A program made the position numbers and the translations under genes. This document shows, piece after piece, positions 54,101 to 64,000 of a stretch of DNA of 64,000 nt; the stretch's first letter is position 1; every line of letters begins with the position of its first letter. Source of the DNA: Ptychomitrium polyphyllum (taxonomy: Eukaryota); the NCBI GenBank assembly GCA_973851085.1, contig OZ316776.1:14198001-14262000 (forward strand), written 5' to 3'. A model generated the notes under the pieces. It searched no databases, was not told the DNA's origin, and saw nothing but the letters and a program-made list of their open reading frames with translations.

Positions 54101-54955
54101 CAAAGTCAAATCTGGAAAGCGGCATACTCCACATTGCTTGACGGCGATTCAAAACATGCACATTCATGAAAAATTCAAAGTTCTTGTGGTTTATATATAT
54201 TATGGTGGTATGTTGAGTTCTTTCCAATAAGTGTCGCCATTCTTCAAACGCATCTACAATTGCAAGTAGTTGTTTATCATAGATATCATAGTTGATTTCT
54301 ATTGCTGAGAACTTTTTTGAACAAAAGGCAAGAGGGTGAAGTCTACCGTCGTCATCATATTATGAGAATATTGAGCCAAGCGCAAAATCTGAAGCATTCG
54401 CTTCCAAATACAAAGGCTTTGATGGATTTGGATGAATAAGGATTGGAGCCAACATGAATGACTTTTTAAGACTTTGAAATGTTTTTTCCGCCTTTTCATT
54501 TCAAATGAATTTTTGCTTTCGTGTAGGACATGTTAAAAGTGCCACAATCTTGGAGTTATCCTTCATGGAAGACATCATTCATTATGTGTTGGAAGACTGA
54601 AGGGGCATTAGTAAGGCCAAAAGGCATGACATTCTTTTAAAAATGACCATATATAGATCGGAAAGTTGTCTTTCAGTTGGCTCTTTCTTTGATGCGTAGA
54701 AGATTGTAGGCTCCTTTAAGATCAATTTTGATAAATATCTTTGCTAGGCCAAGCTGTTGTGGGAGTTCTAAGATTAATGGTAATGGATAGCATTTCTTTT
54801 TTGTTACTTTGTTGAGGCCTTGGTAGTCCACGCACATATGTAATGATCCATATTTCTTCTTTACAAATAGAATGGGTGTTTTAGCCGATGATATAAAGTA
54901 TTGAATGACACCTTTTCCCAAGTTTTCATCAATATATTCTCTCGAGGCAGTCAAC
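51149..54955 (-). mobile_element. Family B copy 3 (3' LTR ~51149-51836, INT, RH, partly deleted RT), 5'-truncated
   Basis: Near-identical to copy 2 up to ~54517, then a diverged RT segment; abuts family D at 54959. Confidence 0.92.
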
Positions 54956-54958
54956 TTG

Positions 54959-55369
54959 GACCGGTTCAATAGCTAAAACTTATTTAGTCAACCAAGTTCA
55001 TGACTTGGTATTTGAACCTACATCGACAATGGTTTTATTCTTAACTTGTTTCTTGTTGAATTTCAATCTTTTTTCTACTTTGTTTTAATTTATTTTAGTT
55101 TTTTTAGTTTCTATTTTGGACTTGTGAGGGTTGATTTTATCTTCTTTGTAGTTGAAACGTAGAAGTTTCAACCAAAAAAAAGAAAAGAAAGAAAACCAAA
55201 AGAAAGGAATTTAGGTTGTTTTTTATTTGAAGATATGGTTAGATAAGGATTTGACAAAGGAGATTAGGGGCTGATGTAGAGTGATATAGATGATGTGGAA
55301 AGATAAAGGGCGGATGTGGCGGTTTGACCACCGCCCTCTTCTTCTATAGCTACCACTTTTACCACGACG
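54959..55369 (-). repeat. Inverted partial copy of family D
   Basis: 54959-55347 is the reverse complement of 44422-44811; 55348-55369 matches the D start at 43554. Confidence 0.85.
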
Positions 55370-55427
55370 TCGCTTTTCATCAAGGAAGAGCAAGCTTTGA
55401 TATTGTTATATGACAGTCTTGATAAAC

Positions 55428-56966
55428 TATATCAAATAGAGTAACCACAAGACAAGGCTCTAGGATTCTAAGATATAGAACAAGATATGTTCAAAGTATA
55501 TTAGAGATAAAGAGCGACAATAAGATATAAAAGACTAAGCTAGAAGGTCTGAGCTAGACCACAAGAGATGCGTTGTCGCAACCCTTGCAAAGCACCTTAG
55601 CAAGCGTCACGCGCGTCAACCCTGTACACCCCCACATGCACATGGTTAACCCCCATTCTCACTTTCCAAGTCTTTCTACCATTTCTCTTAAGACACCCAA
55701 TTTATTAGTAGCCAATGGTTAGGTGCGGACTTCCATTCATGTCCAAGGCCTCACTTGGTGTTACTCCCATTCCACACGGCCTAACCGCACTTAGTGGTGT
55801 CTCCTCACCACCACTCATGATGCCCAAGTGATCCTAAAATCACCCCGGGCCATCATGGTGCCGGCGTGAAGACACCACCCCAATTTAGTGGTCACAAGCG
55901 TACCCTTTTGAACGTGCTAGTTCCCTTTGTAAAACCGGCCGTCCACCGGCTCACAATGGTGTGGGAGTCCCCGTAGTGAAGCCCCAACACTAGCTCCACC
56001 AACCAAGACTCACCCTTGGTCTCTACCGGGACACTAGGGGAGTGGGGAGGAGGACCAGCCCTCCCTTATAGTACTCTCTGTGGGATTTGGCAGGCCCCCT
56101 GCCCCTCTGGAGCTAGCTGAACCCTGACACACCTAGAGTTTTGGAAGACCACCCGATCCCCCTTGGGACTTAGCCGCTGGAAGCCTCCGGGACTCCCAAC
56201 GGACCTTTAGGGCGCCATATCTTCCTCATTTGGTGCCCGAATGTATCAAACAACCACTCTATCGTCATCTACTCTTTGCGTAGATGCCGATAGACTCCTC
56301 AAACGTCCAATTTGAGTTAGTATTGTGGAAGATACGCCTCTCTCAAGGTTCGGGACTCCCGGGGAGTCCCTCCCTGGACTATCCCACTCCAGCACAGTCA
56401 CTGTGTAGGGCTGCCACACTCCAGAACAGCCCCTTGGCAACCCCAACTTTGGGGTGCCATAACTTTTAGCTCCCATGTCTGATTTGGGCAATCCTTAGCA
56501 TTCTAGAATCAACTCTTCATGATTCTTTTATTGCCCACGATTTATCTCTCGTGGCCCTTGATCTACATGGGCAAGGATGTTTCTCCCCCTAGGGGTCTTT
56601 CCCATGTTAGGCCCACTCGGTTCTCCTCACTATCCGCGCCACAAGTCCCGGACGTCACTTCGGGGTCCTCCTTGTGCCCTTAGTTTTCAGGCACTCCTCA
56701 GGGCGAGGTGCGCGACATGCGTTGTACAGACTAAAGAGCTTTTCAACCTTGATTCTTATATATATTACAATTACAAGACCTGGAAGCTTCTTGAGAAGCT
56801 TCACTTACATTGCTTTGTACTCAAGCAACTGTAAGTTGCTTCTTTGGAAGTTTCCTAGATCAAAGTAACTTCTTTGGAAGCTTCCTCAGCCGAGGCAACT
56901 TCCTTGGAAGCTTCTTAAATCTTTTAAGTACCTTTTCAGTTGCTTCTAATATGTATGTCTGTGACA
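55428..56966 (-). repeat. Family C 5' LTR, interrupted by a family A solo LTR
   Basis: 55428-55573 plus 56718-56966 are the reverse complement of the LTR at 48724-49165; ends GTGACA at 56966; inner boundary approximate. Confidence 0.82.
55574..56717 (-). repeat. Family A solo LTR (1144 bp) with 5-bp TSD TGCGT
   Basis: Termini TGTCGC...GCGACA; TGCGT at 55569-55573 and 56718-56722; homologous to 4282-5457. Confidence 0.95.
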
Positions 56967-58100
56967 GTAGGAGCCATATGCTTTTTCTAACCTTGAATTT
57001 GGAATGGTTCTTCCGATGATAATTTGCATAAGTTTTTCTAACCTTGAGTTTGTTGTAGTTGGAAGATTAATTTTTAGTGGATTTTAGCAAGTTGAGTTGC
57101 AAGATCCTCTACTGTAGGATTTCCATCATGCTTCACTTGAAATGGGTCTACTTGAGGATGATGGCCATAAGTTGCAAAGAATAGATTTTGAATTTTTGAA
57201 AAATGCATCGTATTGTTGTAAGCAAACTTTGCCAAATATATGAGATCCAACTAGTTGTCTTACTAATAGTTTATCTTGCAACAAAGGTATTGCTCTAAAA
57301 TTTTATTCACACGTTTGGTTTAATCATCGGTCTGCGGATGGTGTTACAACCATGGATCCTTTTGCACTAGAAGCAGTGGAAATAGACAATGAGATTTGTA
57401 TCTTAGTACCTTGGCCCTTGCGCAAATGTTGCATGATTAAATAAAGTCCTTTACATATTTTTACATTTGAAGCCACCAATAGTCTCTAGCAATCAACTCC
57501 ATTGTTTTATTGAATCCAAAATACCCCGTTGTTGGAAAATTATGAAGTATTTGAAGGATCTTCAAATGTATAGGACTTGCACGTAGATACAAAAGTCTTT
57601 ATAATAAATTAGGCCTTCTTGCAATTCAAAGTCTTCATTGCTATTTGAAGGATCTCTGTTATCTGTAGGGCACCTCCTTATATTTGAAACAATGACATCA
57701 TTCTTCAAAGTCCTCCAAATTTCATCAAGATGGAATGTTGTAGTAATGATCGATTTATTGAATTGAAGATTTTGTGGTTCAATAAAATAGTCTTTCATAA
57801 ATTCAAAACATCATTTTTAAATTGAAGAATTAAATAAGATCTACAAAATAAGGCAATTGGCTTACTTTGTAGGCTAATAAGACAATAAATAATGACAAAG
57901 TTAAATCTAGAAAGCAACATATTCCACCTTGCTTTACGCCAATTCAAAACACGCGCATTCATGATATACCTCAAGTTCTTGTGGTCTATGTATATCATGA
58001 TAATATGTTGAGATCTTTCAACAAGTGCTGCCATTATTCAAACGCATCTACAATTGCAAATAACTCATTATCATATATTTTATAATTGATCTCTGCCGCT
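56967..58100 (-). mobile_element. Upstream half of element B' (RNase H-integrase fragment)
   Basis: Diverged family B integrase/RH (IDHKNL, TTTFHLDEIW); begins exactly at GTAGG next to the family C LTR. Confidence 0.85.
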
Positions 58101-58889
58101 GTTGTGATGTAATTAGTAATATAATTTAAAATATAGAAGCTTTTGTTATTTTGTAAATTTTAATTTATTGTATTTAAAAGTTTACATATTTTGTTTTTTA
58201 TCCTTAACCACAGCCACTTAATTTAGTAAAAAAATAACTGAAATCTAATTCCACCAACAATGTGTAGCAACCCAATTTTAGGCCCTATTCAACAAGCTAC
58301 CTACCAATGGTCCACCATTTTCAGCTATTTTATAAAAAAAATCTCATCTTGTATGCATAATAAATTGCCTACATATTATTTTAAATATACCATAAATGCC
58401 CTCAAGAAGTGTCCATTACAAACAATTCCCATATTAAATGTATCAAAAAGAAAACGACCCTAATACATCCCTTTGGTATTTTGAAAGCCATATTTGATTC
58501 AATGAGGAAATTGAAGGAGGTTGCTTAACAATGCAAGAGCAATTGTTTAAACGACTTTAAATAAAATATATAATAGATAATGCTGCCAATTTGACATCAT
58601 TGCCAATAAAACCATATACACCCACACATACCAATTTAAGCCTAATCATCAATTATATGCACCTTTTTATAAGAAATTTGATCACAACAACAAGAATTGT
58701 TTTTTAAACACTAACAATTTTAACAATTAATTTTCATATTCTATAAAAAAAAAATAAGATTGTTGCAATAAATGAAGTTACATCACAAGTAACCACCACT
58801 TCAAAAATATTGAAGTCACTAGAAGTAGAGAAGAAGATTGCATAAGCATAGAACCATACAAAGTAGTACCAATAATGCTTGGAGTGAGA

Positions 58890-61254
58890 TGTTGCCTTCT
58901 CTCGAAGGCCTTTACTTATACTACCACGTAATGACGTCTCAAGCACCTTTTAAGATCCTTCTCAAGTATCTTGCAAGTAGCTTTCCAAAGCCACTTGCAA
59001 GTTCCTTTATGCCAACTCATACACCCACTTGTCCTTGCCTTCCCATGCAAGACATGTGGATTGGTCCTACCACGTTGACCGTATACCATATATGTACCTC
59101 TTAAGTGGCTTTTACCTCTTCCCCTTTTCTATTCATATTCTCTCTTTCTATATCTACCACAATACAATACTATTTACACCACCGTAAATACTACGAGCAA
59201 CTCTAATCTCCAACATTCCCTTTTTGCAAGTAGTTACCTTCTCGCAATCCCATTTCCTTTGCCAACCGTTGATGTCGATCCTTCGCGAGTGCCTTCGTCA
59301 ATACGTCAGCAATCATGTCTTCCGTCGGACAATACTTCAAGCTTATCTCGCTGCTCTCTAACTTCTCGCAAATGAAGTGGTGTTGCACATCGATGTGCTT
59401 CGTGCGTGAGTGGTGTGTGGGGTTCTTTGCAAGTGCGATGCATCCTTGGTTGTCGCACATAATGGTTGTGGCATCTTCTTGCACAAACCCCACATCCGCC
59501 AAAAGCTTTCGAAGCCAAATGACCTCCTTAGTGCTTTGGCTAGTGGCCATATACTCCGCCTCTATTGTAGACAACGCAATTGTAGGTTGCTTCCTACAAT
59601 TCCACGAGATCGCACCAACTCCAACAAAAAACACGTATCCGGTTGTTGAACGACGCTCGTTTGCATCTCCGGCCCAATCCGCATCGCAATACCCCTTCAA
59701 GACAAGCTCCTTACCACCAAGGCACAACTTGTAGTCCATGGTACTTTGCAAGTACCGCATGATGCGCTTCACCGCACTCCAATGTGCCGGACCGGCCCTA
59801 GATATGAATTGGCTCACCATGCTCACCGCAAACGCAAGATCAGCTCGTGTAACCACCATGGCGTATATCAATGAGCCAACACCAGACTTGTATGGCACGC
59901 CTTCCATCTCACCTTCGATGGCCTCAAACTCCTCTATCAAAAGCTTCAACAACTTGACATTCACATCAAGCGGCGTACCAATGGGCTTGCACTCCTCCAT
60001 ATTGAAGCGCTTGAGTACCTCCTTGATGTACTTCCTTTGGCTCATGGTGATGGTGCGTGCCTTGCGATCCCTCTCAAATTCCACTCCCAAGCAATACATC
60101 AACTTCCCAAGATCACTCATCATAAACTACGCATTGAGTTTGGCCTTAAGCTATGCCAACTTTGCCAAAAGGCTAGCCAAGATGATCAAGTCGTCCACAT
60201 AGATGAGCACTATTGACAAGTACTCACCCGTTTGCTTGATGTACAAGGAATGATCCACTTCGCACCTTATGAAGGCCTCCTTGGTGAAGAAGGAATCAAT
60301 CCGTTGGTACCATGCTCTTGGTGATTGCTTGAGTCCGTACAACAACTTCTTGAGCTTGCACACAAGATGCTCAAAGTCCTTCTCTTCAAATCCTTGCGGT
60401 TGACTCATGTAGATGTCTTCTTCCAACTTGCCATTCAAGAATGCGGTCTTCACATCCATTTGATGGATTTCCAAATCCAACGCCGCTCCAAGTGCAAGGA
60501 TGCACCAAATGGTGTTGAACTTGGCCACGGGAGCAAAGGTCTCAAGGAAGTCAACTCCCGCAACTTGAGAAAATTCCTTGGCCACCAATCGTGCCTTGTG
60601 GTGTACCACTTCACCCGAAGCGTCTTTCTTCGTGCAAAAGATCCATTTGCACCCAACGCTCTTACGGCCCTTTGGAAGCGGAGCCAACTCCCACGTCTCA
60701 TTTTCCATGAGTGAATCATACTCTTCTTGCATGACCACCTCCCACTTGCTCGCATCTTCCGATCTCATTGCTTTGCCTACATTCAATGGTTCGTCGAGAG
60801 TGGCTACATTGGCCCGCTCTTCTTCATGTTGTGGCAAGATGTGGTTCTTCTACCACTCTCTAGGTGGACGTCGTTCCCTTGTTGAGTATCAAGGTTCTTG
60901 TCTGGATTCGACCTCTAGGCCTTCATTTCGTGTGGATGTTGGTAAAGGTGCTACATCTTGTTCGTCGTCCACCGACTCTTCTTTCTTGGTATCATCATCA
61001 CTCTCGTGTGAGGGAGTTGGTTTGGAAGATTCGTCCACCAAACTCAACAAAGGCATATCACTACTTCCACTTGGACTCATTTCCAAACGATGACCAACGC
61101 TAGTGCTATTCTCATCAAACACTATTTTTCGACTTCTAATGATCTTCCGTGTTTCAACACACATGAGGCAATATGCCTTCGTTCCCTCGCAATATCCAAG
61201 AAATAAACACTTGGTTCCTTTAGCATCGAGCTTACCCTTCTTTGCATCTGGCAC
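58890..61254 (-). mobile_element. Ty1/copia 3' fragment: integrase C-terminus/SH3, RT, RNase H, PPT and 326-bp 3' LTR (58890-59215)
   Basis: KLDAKGTKCLFLGY, KARLVAK, HQMDVKTAFLNG, LYGLKQSPRAW, YVDD, YCDADWAG, HSRTKHIDV; LTR TGTTG...CAACA after AAAAGGGAA; 5'-truncated with internal stops. Confidence 0.94.
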
Positions 61255-64000
61255 TTACATTCTAGGATAGATTTAAAATGGGAGTAAGTAAAAAACCAAA
61301 GGCCCTTAAAATTTCAATACACATGCACATTGCCAAAATGAAATTGTTTCACTTTTTTAATTTTAAATTTGAAAGAAAGAAATATTTTTTTTCAATTTAA
61401 AAACAATATATTATACAATTAATTATTATATTTTTCTTAAATTATCAAGATTTTAAGGAAGTTGCATTATGTGCCTATGTCGGAATATATGCAATTATGT
61501 GTTTTCATCCATCTAATAAATTAGCTTAAACAAAAATTCACTTTCTATTCATTATTTTAATCATTTATTACATAATTGAAATAAAAGTAAGATCTCAAGA
61601 CATACTTTCAAGCCATAAAAGAAAACAAGGTTTGCAAGAGTCTAATATGCTCAAGTCTTCAATGTTGCAGAAGCTAGTTTTAATTCCATTGTAAAATACT
61701 AAGAAATTATAAATTTATAATAGTTGGAACTATCACTGATAATAAAAGATTCAAAGATTTCTTATTAAAGCGTTTATTTTTTAAACTAATAAGTATGAAT
61801 TTTTTTCCAATATAGAATTTCATTTTTTAGTGAATGCAAGCATGTAATTTCCAAGTTTTTTATAACTTATAGTTACTAGTTGTTAAAATTACAAGTAGTT
61901 ATTTATCTTTATTACATTTTAACCTTGAATTTTTAAAAATATAAGGGACTACAAGTAGTACAAAAATATTATTTTCATAAGGTTGCAATCTTGAAGTCTT
62001 ATGTACTATGAAACATTCAAATGTGAACAAGTTTTTAAAAATACAATGAAAGATGAATGTATCAAATATGTACCAATGTATGTATATATTAATTACAAAA
62101 ATTGTCATTGTTCATCAAGGGTCTATCTTTAGAAATTTAATATTGAATTCAACATCTTTAAATGAAAACAAGTCCTTAAATTAGTTTTCATATATACAAT
62201 ACAATTCCAAATTTCATATGGTAATTAAATTTTCAAGGAACACTACATTGTTTTTAAAGATTTTTTTGCAATAGATTACATGTGACATATTTAATATCTA
62301 AAAACTTTAAGTATGTCCATATCCATCACTTACTACATGCATAGTAGAATTTTACATTACACCACATTATTGTTTCAAAGTCTAAAACTTCCAAAGCTTG
62401 AATAATATGAAAAGCATGTACTTGTAATTGCATTCTTAAATCTATCTTGTAATTGCATTCTTAAATCTATCCAAGTATGGAAAGGTCCTTATTATGGAAA
62501 GATAAGAAAAATTTCAATAAATTTTTAATACAGATGATCACTGGTAGATGTATTGAATTTCAAAATCATACTCTATCTAGGAAGATAAATTAATAAATTG
62601 ATGTTTAAAAAGAATAGAAATCTTCTGAATATTTTTACAAACCAAGGTTGCATTTGAAAAATTAAATAACAAATTGGCTTCTTTTCTTTTTCAAATTTTA
62701 TTTTAGATATAATTGTCAAAATACTATTGCAAATGCAAAACAACCAATTGTAACAAATACACATATTTAACTGATAGATAACAACCAAAAAACATTTAAA
62801 TTAAAAATTTGATAAAATTCAAAGATGAAAAATGAATTGTTGCATTTAAAATTAAAATTAAAAAAATGAAAAACATAAATATTTATTGGTAATGCAGATG
62901 ATTTGTAAGAACACATATAAGTTGATTTTTTGGCATCATTTTTACAACCTCAAATACTTTCTTTTTAATAAGTGATTAAGCAAGATTAGAGTTACAAAGT
63001 CCTAGTTCCATTCTTTAAGAAAATAAATTAATCAACAATACATTTTTAATGTCTTGGGTAAAGATTATGATTTTAAATATGTAACATGTTAGATTTTATT
63101 GTATAAATTTAATTTTCTTTTTTTAAGATAATTATCTTATATTACAACATGATTAAAAAAAATGATTTATTACTTTATTAAGGTGGTTTATACACCAAAC
63201 AACACATCTTATGTTTTTCTTCTAAAGTAGATTTTTCTACATAATACTCATCATGCAATTATTAAATCTATATAATTTTTTTAAATTTCTAATTTAATTA
63301 TTAAAAAATTTAAATATTTTTTTTAAAAAAACTTGGATGCAATGCTTTAAGAAAAATTGAATCTAATAGAGTACACGCCTAAAAATTATTTTTTTTTTTT
63401 TAAAAATTGACTAATCTTTAAAATAATTCAAATATATCGTTTTTCAAATATAAAATTACTTACTTTTAAATATACAAATTTTATTACATATTAAATTATG
63501 TTAATTTTATTACTAATTATTCATCCATTATGAATCATAATAAGCAATTTCAAAAATTATGTATAATTTGCAATTAATATTTAGAAAAGAACCAAATAGC
63601 ACAAGAATAGTGGAAAGTCTTTTTGGAAGAGCAAAGAAGAAATTTAGGCTAGTAATGGTATAGGTTTTGATGGACACTAGAAATAAAAGGCCGATAAGAT
63701 CAATTGGATGCAACTTGAATAATTGAATAATTATTCAAGAAAATGTGGCTTCTTCAAGCAATTCATACAAAAACCACCCAAAGAAGGAAATTAAATAGAT
63801 CCAATTATAGATGAATTAAATGTAAGCATAGATTCCAACTATATTAATGGCATCCAACTTCCATGCCATAATATGTGAAAGCCATAAAACAAGTAAAAAC
63901 AAGACTATATATATTAGTATTATGTCATAATTATCAAATCTGTTAAAAATGATAAATGGCAAATCATCATGAAGTATACTTTAAAATGAAATAATAAGTT

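Noticed and set aside
55385..55404. ATATCAAAGC on the minus strand as a degenerate Met-tRNA PBS for family C
   Set aside because: Alignment with the 3' LTR places the LTR end near 55428, so the motif is not adjacent; match is weak
61300..64000. Extremely AT-rich tail of the window (likewise 36300-38400)
   Set aside because: No supportable structure; likely old decayed repeat or intergenic DNA

Overview
Eukaryotic, AT-rich, retrotransposon-dense plant DNA. The chromovirus families, gene style and a bryophyte-type mitochondrial tRNA relic suggest a moss such as Physcomitrium (inference). There are three intact host genes, all on the + strand: (1) a 7-exon gene of about 741 aa at 16033-19670 fusing an ASC-1/TRIP4 (Rqt4-like, C2HC5 zinc finger) protein in frame to a complete AlkB/ALKBH1-type 2OG-Fe(II) dioxygenase, which is the most striking finding; (2) complex I PSST/NDUFS7 at 22926-24203; (3) an RNA polymerase RPB4 subunit with an intronless, GC-rich CDS at 34621-35055. 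Relics include a HAK/KUP K+ transporter 3' fragment, a very decayed receptor-like-kinase fragment and a decayed organellar tRNA-Arg(ACG). The rest is nested, defective LTR retrotransposons, labelled here gypsy families A, B, C, an LTR-like family D and a copia. Family B carries a Tf1-type self-priming PBS and occurs as three near-identical dead copies that must have been copied at DNA level. A split target-site duplication plus flanking inverted repeats reveal an inversion of about 10 kb.
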